Positions 46,274 to 56,127 of a DNA stretch of 64,000 nucleotides are shown one piece after another (the first letter of the stretch is position 1; the number at the start of each line of letters is the position of its first letter). Source of the stretch: Gemmatimonadaceae bacterium (GTDB taxonomy: Bacteria > Gemmatimonadota > Gemmatimonadetes > Gemmatimonadales > Gemmatimonadaceae); the NCBI GenBank assembly GCA_051859245.1, contig JBHYGA010000001.1:736001-800000 (forward strand), written 5' to 3'. The translations under genes were made by a program, and so were the position numbers. Under the pieces are notes generated by a model. It was not told the DNA's origin. It searched no databases and saw only the letters and a program-made list of their open reading frames with translations.

Positions 46274-47530
46274 ATGTTCTTCCGCAAGTTCAGTCTGGAC
46301 CGCGGTGGGGCAGCTAAGACGAACTCTACGCCGACGACGACGCCGTCTCCTGCCGAGAGCAATCGCCCGAGCGCCGACGCCTCCGGTTCGCCGAGTCTCA
46401 CCGCCGTTCCTGGCGGACTTTCCGGTCGTTCCCGCCCCACGCCTGCGCACGGCCTTTCCCTGCGCACGGTTGATGGGCGCGTGGACGAGGTCGGGCTGGT
46501 GCTCGACACGCTCGGCAGCATTCTGACGGCGTTCTCGCGCCACGCGTTCGACCTGCCGGATCGTTCCGCCGAACAGATCTCATCGGAGCTGCAGCGTTGG
46601 CAGCGTCACGCCACGCTGGGTGTGCCGGTTGAGGAGCACGCCGGTGGTGCACTCGGTGTGCGTGAGCGCGACTGGGACGGGATTTCGCGCACGTTTACGC
46701 AGCACCGGCGCGAAGAGTCGCGGTATGTGGATACGGCGGTCACCGAGTTGCGTGACGCGCTGTGGTCCGTGGTGGAGACGGTACACAACGCTGTTAAGGC
46801 CGAGCAGTCGGCGGATCGGGTGACCGATACGGCGGTGCACCGCGCGCGAACCGCGATGACGCGCATGCAAACAGGTCAGATCAAGCAGGAAGTGCTTGGT
46901 GCGTTGTCGGCCATTGAAGAAGCGTTCCGCATGCGTCAGCAGCAGATGCAGGCGCAATATCAGGCGCTCGCGGGTCGCATTGAAAATCTTGGCCACCAGC
47001 TTGAGGAAGCCAAGAAGGAGAGCACCACCGACGCGCTGACCGGTCTGGGCAATCGCAAACTGTTCGACGCCATGGCGCACCGGGCTGTGCATATGCACGC
47101 ACTGTCACGGCAGCCAGTGGTGCTGGTGATGGTGGATCTGGACAAGTTCAAGATGGTGAACGACATGTACGGCCATCAGGCGGGCGACCAGACGCTGGTG
47201 AACGTCGCGAAATGCCTCTCCAAGGTGTTCATGAGACAGACGGACGTGGTGTGTCGCTACGGCGGTGATGAATACGCCGTGGTGCTCAACAACACCGACA
47301 TCAAGGTGGCGCACATGCTGGCGCACCGGTTGGTGGAGTCGGTGGGGCAGATGCCCACGCCGCATCAAGCGATGGAGTTCGCGGTGGGTGCGTCGGTCGG
47401 GATCGCCGAGTACGATGGCGAGGAGAATCTTGAGGCGTGGATCGCTCGGGCCGACCGGGCGCTGTACACGGCGAAGCAGATGGCGGGCGAGCGGATTGCG
47501 GTGGCGGGGGCGACGTTGGCGGTGAGTTAA
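46274..47530 (+). CDS. Diguanylate cyclase (coiled-coil + GGDEF)
   Basis: DALTGLGNR, DLDKFKMVND..GH, RxxD I-site (RQTD), RYGGDEY, ADRALY.AK. Confidence 0.9.
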   Translation: MFFRKFSLDRGGAAKTNSTPTTTPSPAESNRPSADASGSPSLTAVPGGLSGRSRPTPAHGLSLRTVDGRVDEVGLVLDTLGSILTAFSRHAFDLPDRSAEQISSELQRWQRHATLGVPVEEHAGGALGVRERDWDGISRTFTQHRREESRYVDTAVTELRDALWSVVETVHNAVKAEQSADRVTDTAVHRARTAMTRMQTGQIKQEVLGALSAIEEAFRMRQQQMQAQYQALAGRIENLGHQLEEAKKESTTDALTGLGNRKLFDAMAHRAVHMHALSRQPVVLVMVDLDKFKMVNDMYGHQAGDQTLVNVAKCLSKVFMRQTDVVCRYGGDEYAVVLNNTDIKVAHMLAHRLVESVGQMPTPHQAMEFAVGASVGIAEYDGEENLEAWIARADRALYTAKQMAGERIAVAGATLAVS

Positions 47531-47556
47531 TGTCTTGTGCGCGAGTGATTTATGTC

Positions 47557-47595
47557 ACGGGCAGGCCGGTCGAATGAGACGGTCTGCCCGTTTTT
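47557..47595 (+). terminator. Rho-independent terminator
   Basis: ACGGGCAGGCCG...CGGTCTGCCCGT followed by a T-tract. Confidence 0.8.
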
Positions 47596-47675
47596 GTTGT
47601 GACGCTGCCGGCCTTGACCGTTGTGGTGTTGATTCACTGTGTGGGGCAGGCGCAGCAGTATGGCGGCAGTAGTCG

Positions 47676-47691
47676 TGGTATAGTCTTTGCT
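47676..47691 (+). promoter_or_regulatory. sigma54 -24/-12 element (distal)
   Basis: TGGTATAGTCTTTGCT (GG-N10-GC). Confidence 0.5.
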
Positions 47692-47804
47692 CTGCGCGGA
47701 AGGCTCATCCGTATGAACTGTGGCAAGATGTTTGTGTGTAACGCTTTCCGCTGAGTGGAATGGATGAGTCCGGCGACTTTATCAATTGCTGGAAAGCCCA
47801 TTCG

Positions 47805-47821
47805 CTGGCATGGCGTTTGCT
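47805..47821 (+). promoter_or_regulatory. sigma54 -24/-12 promoter of the PEP-CTERM gene
   Basis: CTGGCATGGCGTTTGCT (GG-N10-GC); PEP-CTERM genes are commonly sigma54-dependent. Confidence 0.75.
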
Positions 47822-47916
47822 ACTTCCTAGCAATGTGAGAGAGTCTCGATCGTGAAGGTCTACGACTGACGTCTCGCGATTGGCCCCTGCGGCCGCCACA
47901 CTAGGAGATCATTCAA

Positions 47917-48555
47917 ATGTTTAAAAGCCGTGTTTCACTAGTGGCGGCCTTCGCCACGCTCGCTTTGGCAGCTCCGGCTGCTCAGGCTTCTGCTCAGGCG
48001 CTGCCAGGTCCGGTGGCGGGTCTCACCTGCGCGAATGCAACCTTCTCGATCAGTTTTTCGAAGTGCTGGACTGCCAGCGGCAATGATCACGGCGGACCGC
48101 CGGCCACATCCATCCAGAAGGGTATCGCAACCTTCTTGGATGGTGCTGAGAGCGCTGGCGCTACTTGGAGTTTTGACGCCAAGTCCGATGACCTCGACAA
48201 CGGAGCCTTCGGCGCAAACGTTACGACTGACGTCGGAACGATCAACTTCTCGCCGAGCCTCACCGGTTGGTTCGCGTTGACGTTCAAGCAGGCGAATGAC
48301 GGTTACGCGCTGTACACGTTTAACGTGGGCAACAGTGCACTTTCGTCGCTCAACTACAACGTGTCTGGCGTTGGATTCACGGGCAACGGAATCTCGCACT
48401 CTTCTTTGTTCGATGGCAAGGATGCTCCCGCGTGCGACACCCCCGGTGGCGTACCGTGCGAACCGAACATCGTCCCGGAGCCGACCTCGTTCGCCCTGAT
48501 GTTTGGTGGCCTCCTCGGACTGGGCGTCGCCGCCCGCCGTCGTCGCAACTCGTAA
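47917..48555 (+). CDS. PEP-CTERM sorting domain protein
   Basis: RBS AGGAG; signal peptide; C-terminal VPEP + TM + RRRR. Confidence 0.93.
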   Translation: MFKSRVSLVAAFATLALAAPAAQASAQALPGPVAGLTCANATFSISFSKCWTASGNDHGGPPATSIQKGIATFLDGAESAGATWSFDAKSDDLDNGAFGANVTTDVGTINFSPSLTGWFALTFKQANDGYALYTFNVGNSALSSLNYNVSGVGFTGNGISHSSLFDGKDAPACDTPGGVPCEPNIVPEPTSFALMFGGLLGLGVAARRRRNS

Positions 48556-48573
48556 TCAGCTCGCACGAACACG

Positions 48574-48607
48574 AAGCGCCCCGGTCCTCACGGATCGGGG
48601 CGTTTTT
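48574..48607 (+). terminator. Rho-independent terminator
   Basis: GCGCCCCGGTCC...GGATCGGGGCG followed by TTTTT. Confidence 0.8.
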
Positions 48608-48694
48608 GTTTTGTGTTGCTGCAGCGCGACAGCGCGCGCTGCCAGTCTTTATGTGCTGAGCACCGCCGCCGCCTTTGTACCGGTTGAGCGGGGC

Positions 48695-50578
48695 CTACCC
48701 CCGCGCCGCCCGCAGCGCGTTCACGATCACCGCCACGTCGATCACCTCCTGCGCGATCGCACCGGCCGTTGGCTCGAGCATCCCAGCCGCCGCAAAGCCC
48801 ATTCCGATCACGCTCAGGCCAAGACCTACGCCAATGCTTTGCCGCGCGATGCGCATGGTGTAGCGGCCAATCGTGATCGCGTCCACCACACGCAGCGGCT
48901 CGTCCACCAGGAGCACCACATCCGCCGCCTCGGCGCTCACGCCGCCACCGTGCCCGGCGAGCGCTACACCCACCCGCGCGGTGCTGAGCGCAGGCGCGTC
49001 GTTCGTACCGTCGCCAACCATCAACACGTGCGCGCCGGCCTTCTGAAGCGCCGACACACGCGTGACCTTGTCGGCCGGTGACAGATCGCCCGCAAAATCG
49101 GCGATGCCGAGCGATGTCGCGATTTTCTCGACATTCGCCGCCTGATCGCCTGAGAGCAGCACCGTTTGTGTCAGGCCCAGCGCCCGAAGCGACGAGAGCA
49201 GTGTTGACACGTTGGGGCGGAGCTCGTCCATGAACTCGAGTCGGCCGAGCGCGCCAGCGTCGGTACCCGCGTACGCGCGAAGTCCCGCCAGCTGATGCTC
49301 CATCTCGGCGATTCTCGGTGCCAACGCCGGCAGTTCGCGCGAAACGTACGACGGAGAGCCCACGGCCACGCGCACGCCGTCTACAACGCCCTGCACGCCA
49401 CTGCCGGGCTCCTCGCGCAGTTCACGCGCCGGCTGCACGGCCAACCCATGCGATTCAGCCCAGCTTACGAACACGCGCGCCAGCAAGTGTCCCGAGCCTT
49501 GTTCAACGCTCGCCGCCTGCGACGCGAGCGTACGCGCGCTGCCGGCTAACGTCGCATCGGATGTCGCATCCAACGTCGCATCAATCCGCGACCCGTCCGC
49601 CATCACGAACGCCGACACCTGCGGTCGCCCCACCGTGAGCGTGCCCGTCTTGTCGAACACCGCCACGTTCACACTGGCCAGCGCCTCGAGCGCTCCGCCG
49701 TGCCGGATAATGATCCCTCGCCGCGCCGACCGACTGATACCGCCAATCACCGCCACCGGCGCCGCCAGAATGAGCGGGCAGGGCGTGGCTACCACTAACA
49801 CGGCCAGCACGCGCGTTGCGTCATGCGAGATCATCCATGCAATCGCGCACACAATCAGCGTAAACGGCGTGAACCACACCGCCCACTTGTCGGCCACCCG
49901 CTGCAGCGGGCTTTTGCTGGCCTGCGCCGAACGCACCAGCTCCACAATGCGCGCGTATTGACTCTCCGCGGCCACACGTTCGGCCCGCACGGTCAGCGCC
50001 CCGTCGCCATTTACCGATCCAGACGGCAGCGCGACGCCGGCCACGGCGCGCACCGGCACTGGTTCACCTGTCAACCGCGACGCGTCCACAGACGATGCGC
50101 CGTCAATCACCACCACGTCGCAGGGCACGAGCGATCCGGGGCGCACGAGCAGCGTGTCGCCGCGCACGATGGCCGACGCTTCAATCTCTTCCACGCGCCC
50201 GTCTGCAAGGACCCGCTGCGCCGATCGTGGCGCGTCGGCCTCAAGGGCGGCCACCGCGTCTGATGCGCGATCAACGGCCCACGCTTCGAGCGCCTCGCCG
50301 CCTGTTTGCATGATCACCACCACCAGACCAGCAAGCGGCTCCTGCAGCAGCACCGCGCCAACGATCGCCATCGAAGCCACGAGGTCCGCGGCAAACTGAC
50401 CGCGCGCCATGCCCCGCAACGTGCCCCACACCACCGGCGCGCCGCACACCACAAGCGACGCGAGCCAGAACGTGCCGCGGAGCGACGGATCGCCGGACAC
50501 AAGACCCAGAACAAAGCCGAGCAGCAGCGCAATCGCTGCCAGGATCGGTACCAGCGGAATTCGACGTCCGAATGACAC
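48695..50578 (-). CDS. Heavy-metal P1B-type ATPase, P1B-5 subgroup
   Basis: TGEP, TPCP, DKTGT, GDGTND; Qx4Gx3Sx3M and Px6QEx2Dx5N signatures; GTG 50578. Confidence 0.9.
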   Translation of the reverse strand: MSFGRRIPLVPILAAIALLLGFVLGLVSGDPSLRGTFWLASLVVCGAPVVWGTLRGMARGQFAADLVASMAIVGAVLLQEPLAGLVVVIMQTGGEALEAWAVDRASDAVAALEADAPRSAQRVLADGRVEEIEASAIVRGDTLLVRPGSLVPCDVVVIDGASSVDASRLTGEPVPVRAVAGVALPSGSVNGDGALTVRAERVAAESQYARIVELVRSAQASKSPLQRVADKWAVWFTPFTLIVCAIAWMISHDATRVLAVLVVATPCPLILAAPVAVIGGISRSARRGIIIRHGGALEALASVNVAVFDKTGTLTVGRPQVSAFVMADGSRIDATLDATSDATLAGSARTLASQAASVEQGSGHLLARVFVSWAESHGLAVQPARELREEPGSGVQGVVDGVRVAVGSPSYVSRELPALAPRIAEMEHQLAGLRAYAGTDAGALGRLEFMDELRPNVSTLLSSLRALGLTQTVLLSGDQAANVEKIATSLGIADFAGDLSPADKVTRVSALQKAGAHVLMVGDGTNDAPALSTARVGVALAGHGGGVSAEAADVVLLVDEPLRVVDAITIGRYTMRIARQSIGVGLGLSVIGMGFAAAGMLEPTAGAIAQEVIDVAVIVNALRAARG

Positions 50579-50690
50579 GCGCAAGTCTGGTCCCAAGGGT
50601 GGTCCGCAGTTAACCTCTCACGGAGTTGAAGCGGCCGACGTCGGCGCGACCAGGAGAACGCTACGTACCAACCGCACTACACGGAATGGC

Positions 50691-52310
50691 ATGAGCGAAC
50701 GGCATTCGCAGGCAGCGCTGTCGGCCATCATTGATATCGCGGCTGACGGCGTCATCGCACTCGATGAACGCTTTCGCATTGTGCGGTACAACAAAGGCGC
50801 CGAGCGCATTTTTCAGTGGACCGAAGACGAGATGCTCGGCGAGCCGCTCGATCGGTTGCTGCCGCTCGCATCGCGCGCTGTGCACCGCGGACACATGCGC
50901 GGGTTTGCCGCGGGCGAAGTGGACGCACGTCGCATGGCGGAACGTCGCGCCATTGCCGGTGTGCGTCGCAACGGCGAAGAGTTTTCGGCCGACGCGTCGA
51001 TCGCACGTGTTACGGTTGACGGCGAACGCACCTTCATGGTGCTCATTCGCGATGTCAGCGAACGCAAGCGCATGGAAGATGGACAGCGCATGCTGGCGAT
51101 GGCCGGATGGGTGCTTGCTGCATCGCTCGATGTCGAATCGACGCTCGCGACGATCGCGGAAATGCCGCTGCCGATGCTCGGCGATTGGAGTCTCGTTGAA
51201 CTGCTGACCAGTGATGGACACATTCGGCGTGCGGCCGCTTCGCACGCAGAAGCCATTCGTGGAGCGGAGCTGTCGCCGCTGGTTTCGTCGATCGCCACGC
51301 CGCTTCCCGCGTTGCTTCCGTATGGCAGCACGGCGCGCGTGGCACACGGTGGCGAACCAGTGATCATTAGCGATGCGGAGCGTTGGCTGGATGCCACGTT
51401 TCCGAACGACGTGGACCGTGAACGCGCGGCCGCGATTGGTGCGTCGAGTGTCTTGATCGTTCCCTTGCGTGCCGGAGGGCGCGCGATTGGCGCGCTCAGT
51501 CTAGTACGCTCACGCACAGGCGCACTGCACGTGCCAGATGATGTGAGTATTGCGGAACAGTTTGGATCGAGCGCCGCGCTCGCATTGGAAAACACGCGCT
51601 TGTATCAGGAGTCGCGACAGGCAGTGCGTGAGCGTGACGAGCTCATGGCGATCGTGTCGCACGATCTGCGCAATCCCGTGAACGCGATCGTGATGCTCAC
51701 GGGTGCGCTGATGGCACAGAGTGACGCGGGTGCGCCCGTGCCGGTGGAACTCGAGCAGTTGCAGGCCGTGCGCGGCGCGGCGCGACAGGCCGATGGATTA
51801 ATTCAGGATCTGCAGGACGTCACGCGCATTTCGGCGGGTCGTTTTCACGTGGACATTCGCACGTGCGACATGTCGGACATGGTGATCGAAACGTGTGAGC
51901 TGTTCGACTCCACTGCCGAAGCGGCCGAACTCACACTGACACATCACGTACCGACTGATCTGCCGCGCGTCCAGGCCGACGGACAGCGCATTCAGCAGGT
52001 GTTGTCCAACCTGTTGGTGAATGCGATCAAGTTCACACCACCCGGCGGTGAGGTACATGTGGATGTGTCGATGACAGGGTCCGGACGCAGCGTGTGTGTG
52101 GCCGTGCGTGACAACGGACCTGGCATTGCCAACGAAGACGTGCCGCGCTTGTTCGAACGTTACTGGCAGGCGCCACGCTTGATGCGCGCGGGCTCCGGAC
52201 TTGGACTATTCATCGCCAAGGGCATTGTTGAGGCGCACGGCGGCAGCATTTCTGTGCAAACGGCGCCGGGGAAGGGCACGACCATGTCATTTACCCTGCC
52301 CGTCGCGTAA
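50691..52310 (+). CDS. PAS-GAF sensor histidine kinase
   Basis: PAS domain, GAF domain, VSHDLRNP, NAIKFT, DNGPGI, GSGLGL. Confidence 0.92.
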   Translation: MSERHSQAALSAIIDIAADGVIALDERFRIVRYNKGAERIFQWTEDEMLGEPLDRLLPLASRAVHRGHMRGFAAGEVDARRMAERRAIAGVRRNGEEFSADASIARVTVDGERTFMVLIRDVSERKRMEDGQRMLAMAGWVLAASLDVESTLATIAEMPLPMLGDWSLVELLTSDGHIRRAAASHAEAIRGAELSPLVSSIATPLPALLPYGSTARVAHGGEPVIISDAERWLDATFPNDVDRERAAAIGASSVLIVPLRAGGRAIGALSLVRSRTGALHVPDDVSIAEQFGSSAALALENTRLYQESRQAVRERDELMAIVSHDLRNPVNAIVMLTGALMAQSDAGAPVPVELEQLQAVRGAARQADGLIQDLQDVTRISAGRFHVDIRTCDMSDMVIETCELFDSTAEAAELTLTHHVPTDLPRVQADGQRIQQVLSNLLVNAIKFTPPGGEVHVDVSMTGSGRSVCVAVRDNGPGIANEDVPRLFERYWQAPRLMRAGSGLGLFIAKGIVEAHGGSISVQTAPGKGTTMSFTLPVA

Positions 52311-52313
52311 CAG

Positions 52314-52347
52314 AAAAAAAGCGCCACTCTGCAAAACAGAGTGGCGC
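52314..52347 (-). terminator. Rho-independent terminator (minus strand, possibly bidirectional)
   Basis: Perfect 11-bp stem GCGCCACTCTG/CAGAGTGGCGC with an adjacent A7 tract. Confidence 0.8.
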
Positions 52348-52374
52348 CTGATACGAGTCAAGCAAATCGCCGGC

Positions 52375-52599
52375 TTAGTGCTCGCCGCCGTGATCTTCAC
52401 CTTCGGCTGCCGGCTTGCCCGCCTTGCTCGCCTTCTCCGCATCACGATCGGAATACACCTGGGTGGTCATCGGATCGCGCGGATGACGATAGGTGTTCTT
52501 GTGAATCGTGTAGGCGGTTCCGGCCAACCCGGCCGTAAGTGCGCAAACGACAAGAGCGAATCCCCAGCCCTGCGTATTCGGATTGTATGGCTTGCTCAT
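52375..52599 (-). CDS. Small single-TM hypothetical protein (74 aa)
   Basis: ATG 52599; one TM segment, then IH..TY.HPRDP; followed by a strong terminator. Confidence 0.65.
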   Translation of the reverse strand: MSKPYNPNTQGWGFALVVCALTAGLAGTAYTIHKNTYRHPRDPMTTQVYSDRDAEKASKAGKPAAEGEDHGGEH

Positions 52600-52719
52600 G
52601 CGGGAAGAGGTCGGTGCGGTGTACTGGCGACGATCGCAACTGCGAACGGGAGACAAAGCGCTCCGTGGCTATCCGTACAAAGTAATCCGGCGTGCCCGCG
52701 GTTTCCACCGCCTGCCAAT

Positions 52720-54009
52720 TCAGTCCGGTTCGTCTTCGACGCGTGGGCCTGGATCGTCTCGTCGGTCAACCAGCTGGGCCGGCACGATCGCCGACGCGCC
52801 AAAGCGGGCCCGAATGCGGTCGAGCGCCTTGGTCAGCGCCCGGTCGCGGTCGCCCTCGACCGGAACCACATCATCCTGAGCTGAGGCCTGAGCCGGCGCT
52901 TCGTCGGCAAAGAGCCCAAGCTGCGCCGCCTCGGCGTCGCGCCCTTCAAAGTGCGAGAGGCCGATGCCGAGCAGGCGGACTGGCGTGGTACTGCTGCGAC
53001 GAAGCTTGCGAAAGAGCAGGCGCGCCACGCGATACACCGACTGCTCACTGGCGATGGGGAGCACCAGTGAGCGCTGCGCGGAACGCGTGCTGAACGTGCG
53101 ATCACGCAGCTTCACGGTCACGGTGCGTGCCTCGAGGGATTGTTTACGCAGGTCTGCGGAAACCCGCACCGCAAGTCTGAGCAGCTCACGTTCGAGCAGC
53201 GCATTGTCCGAAATGTCGCGTGCAAACGTGTCTTCTCGACTGACGGACTTCTGCGTATCACGCGGCTCTACCTCACTCGGATCAACGCCGTGTGTGCGAT
53301 CGAACAACCACTCACCCGCGCGTTCGCCGAGCACGCGGATCAGACGTTCGCGTCCCGCCTGCTGGGCTTCCGCCACGCTCACCAGGCCCGCACGCTCAAG
53401 ACGCTCGGCGAGTTTGGGTCCCACCATGGGCAAGTCGGCGAGTCGAAATCGCGACAGATACGCCGCTTCACGGCCGGGTTCCACGCAGTGCACACCCGTG
53501 GCGCCGCGCGAAGGTTTGGCGTCTTCGACGGCCATTTTGGCCACGAGCCGCGATGTGCCGCCGCCAATCGACACCGAGAGGCCTGTTGCTTGGGTGACCG
53601 CGTAACGAATACGGGCGGCGGTTACGTGCAGTGGCTCATGTTTGTACATCGCTTCGGTGCCCGACAGGTCGAGATACCATTCGTCGATACTCGAGGCCTG
53701 GACCACGGGCGCGAACTGGTGCAGCACGGCGGCAATCGCTCGGCTACTGCGTGAACACGCGCCACGTGGCACGGGCACGCACATGGCTTGCGGGCACAAC
53801 TGCAACGCGCGCGCAATCGGCATGGCCGAGCGTACACCGTAGGCTCGACATTCGTACGACGCCGAACAGACAACGCCGCGACTGCCGGGCCGACCGCCAA
53901 CAATGAGCAGAGCGGCTCGACCAGCACCTTCGGGATCTTCCTGACGCGCGACGGCCACAAAAAATGCGTCGGCGTCGGCGAGCAGAATGCGTCGTGGAGA
54001 AGCGATCAC
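52720..54009 (-). CDS. dinB: DNA polymerase IV
   Basis: DADAFFVAV, ASYE.R.YGVRSAM, SIDEWYLD, AKP, little-finger domain KSVSREDTF. Confidence 0.93.
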   Translation of the reverse strand: MIASPRRILLADADAFFVAVARQEDPEGAGRAALLIVGGRPGSRGVVCSASYECRAYGVRSAMPIARALQLCPQAMCVPVPRGACSRSSRAIAAVLHQFAPVVQASSIDEWYLDLSGTEAMYKHEPLHVTAARIRYAVTQATGLSVSIGGGTSRLVAKMAVEDAKPSRGATGVHCVEPGREAAYLSRFRLADLPMVGPKLAERLERAGLVSVAEAQQAGRERLIRVLGERAGEWLFDRTHGVDPSEVEPRDTQKSVSREDTFARDISDNALLERELLRLAVRVSADLRKQSLEARTVTVKLRDRTFSTRSAQRSLVLPIASEQSVYRVARLLFRKLRRSSTTPVRLLGIGLSHFEGRDAEAAQLGLFADEAPAQASAQDDVVPVEGDRDRALTKALDRIRARFGASAIVPAQLVDRRDDPGPRVEDEPD

Positions 54010-54073
54010 GTGACTGGTTGGGGATCCCTGAAAAATAGTGCAACTCTCGCGTGGCGCAGACTGTTTGCTTCAC

Positions 54074-54910
54074 GTGAAACCCCTACGAACCATTGCCGTG
54101 GACTGGTCCGGCGCCCGCACCGGTGCGCAACACAAGATCTGGCTGGCCGAGGTGATGGGCGGGCAGGTGGTGCGTTTGGAGAGCGGACGCACGCGGGCGG
54201 ATGTCACGCAGGAGCTGGTGCGTGTGGTGCACGAATCGGCTGGCGCACCGGTTGTGATTGGTCTCGATTTTTCGTTCGGCTTTCCGGCCTGGTATGTTCG
54301 GGACCAGCAGTGGAAAAACGCGCCCGACATGTGGCGCGCGTGGACCGACGAACGTGTTGAGCACACGCTGCAGGCGCCTGCGTTTCCGTTCTGGGGACGC
54401 GGTGCGCAGCGTACGCGTCCGGCAACACTTCACGATGAAAGCGACACACCTCCACTACGCAGCACAGAGCTTTACCAGGCGGCAAGCAGCTCCCGCCCAT
54501 TCTCGGTTTTTCAGTTGGTAGGCGCCGGTGCAGTTGGACCGGGCACATTACGTGGTATGCCGACACTTCGTGCATTACACGAGGCGGGTGCTGCGATCTG
54601 GCCCTTCGCTGACGTGCGCGACGACACCAACGCCACTGTGGTGGAAATCTGGCCGCGCCTTTACGCGCCGCAGGTGAACAAATCCAACGCCCACGCGCGC
54701 GTTGCACACCTGCGCCGCCTGTCACAGAGCACTCGCGATCTCACGCGTTTCGAGCACTCGATTGAACACAGCGATGATGCGTTCGACGCACTCATCGGTG
54801 CGCTCGCGCTTGCTGACCAGTTCGACTCCCACGCGCTCGACCAGCTGTGCGACGATTCCACGCTCGCACGTGAAGAAGGTATGATCTGGCGGCCGCTGCC
54901 CTCGCATTAG
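54074..54910 (+). CDS. Predicted RNase H-fold nuclease (DUF429-like)
   Basis: Acidic motifs IAVDWSG, IGLDFSFGFP, VVEIWP, DAFDA. Confidence 0.6.
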   Translation: MKPLRTIAVDWSGARTGAQHKIWLAEVMGGQVVRLESGRTRADVTQELVRVVHESAGAPVVIGLDFSFGFPAWYVRDQQWKNAPDMWRAWTDERVEHTLQAPAFPFWGRGAQRTRPATLHDESDTPPLRSTELYQAASSSRPFSVFQLVGAGAVGPGTLRGMPTLRALHEAGAAIWPFADVRDDTNATVVEIWPRLYAPQVNKSNAHARVAHLRRLSQSTRDLTRFEHSIEHSDDAFDALIGALALADQFDSHALDQLCDDSTLAREEGMIWRPLPSH

Positions 54911-54957
54911 GAGCACCATCGCGAATCAACCGCACCCGTGACGGCTGAGGTGAGTGT

Positions 54958-56097
54958 TCACATCGCGCGCGGCCCACGCGGTGCGTGCTCCTGTTGGAGA
55001 TCGATCGCGCCGCGACCGCGCGCGAGAACAGGCCATGACGTTTCGACGTAATCGCCGCGTACGCCAACGATTTCGTCGAACTGCTGCACCACGATGCATA
55101 CGTGGTTGGGTACGAGGCGCACGCGATCGCCAACGCGTGGTCGCCAGTCGGTGTGCGAAAGATCGAGCACGCCGTGTTCTTCGCTCATGCGGCTCACGAT
55201 TACGTCGGGGCGATCGAGCACGGCGGCCCACCCATCGCCGTCGGCACGGAGTGGTTCGCGCGCGAGCGCCTTGGTGCCGGCGTCAACAACCGCCTGTCCC
55301 GGCACCGCCGTGCTCACCACGGTGGCGAGCACCGTCAGTGCGCAGTCTTCCCAATCACAGGCGCCAATCGCAGCGGTTGTGCGGTCGTTGTACACGTACG
55401 TGCCCGGGCGCACTTCGGTCACGCCGGGCACTTCGTGAATGCGCCACGCCAGCGGTGTGCTACCACCGCTGATCACCCGCGGTGCGAGTCCGGCGTCGAG
55501 CAAGAGCTCCTGCAAGTTGGCAAGTTGCTTCGCGAGGGCGCCAACCGCTTCGCCTTGATCCTCCACACGCGAGCGCACGTGTCCCGGGTAAAACGTGATG
55601 CCGGCAAAGCGGAGCGGTGCGTGTGTGTGCACCGTGCGCGCCAGCGTGACGGCCGCTTGTTCCGGTGTCACCCCCACGCGCTTCATGCCGAGGTCGACTT
55701 CCACGTACACCTCAACATCTCGGCGCGCGAGATTAGCCGCCATGGCGAGGGCCGGAATGCTTTGTGCTGAATCAACGGCCACGGTGAGCCGCACGCTGCC
55801 GGGCAGTCGCATCAGTCGCTCCAGCCGCGCCGCGCCCACGGGAGGGTAGGCGAAGAGCAAGTCGTCGCACACTTCCGACATAATTTCGAGCTCGCGGGTG
55901 GTAGCGCAGGTGAGCCCCACGGCGCCACGTTGCAGTTGCTCGGTCGCGATGCGCGTAGACTTGTGCGTTTTTACGTGCGGGCGCAATCGCAGATCGTGAA
56001 GGGTGGCATACGCCGCCATTCGATCCAGATTCTGTGTAAGCCGATCAAGGTCAACGATCGGAACCGGCGTCTCGAGTGTTTCGAGGTGCGTCGCCAC
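54958..56097 (-). CDS. Fold-type III PLP enzyme (D-serine dehydratase/D-threonine aldolase, DSD1 family)
   Basis: RBS AGGAG and GTG 56097; LRPHVKTHK, SGGSTP, EVRPGTYVYND, DAGTKAL, SEEHG, VPNHVC. Confidence 0.88.
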   Translation of the reverse strand: MATHLETLETPVPIVDLDRLTQNLDRMAAYATLHDLRLRPHVKTHKSTRIATEQLQRGAVGLTCATTRELEIMSEVCDDLLFAYPPVGAARLERLMRLPGSVRLTVAVDSAQSIPALAMAANLARRDVEVYVEVDLGMKRVGVTPEQAAVTLARTVHTHAPLRFAGITFYPGHVRSRVEDQGEAVGALAKQLANLQELLLDAGLAPRVISGGSTPLAWRIHEVPGVTEVRPGTYVYNDRTTAAIGACDWEDCALTVLATVVSTAVPGQAVVDAGTKALAREPLRADGDGWAAVLDRPDVIVSRMSEEHGVLDLSHTDWRPRVGDRVRLVPNHVCIVVQQFDEIVGVRGDYVETSWPVLARGRGAIDLQQEHAPRGPRAM

Positions 56098-56127
56098 TGC
56101 TGCTCCTGGGCCTGAACCCGACTGCCA

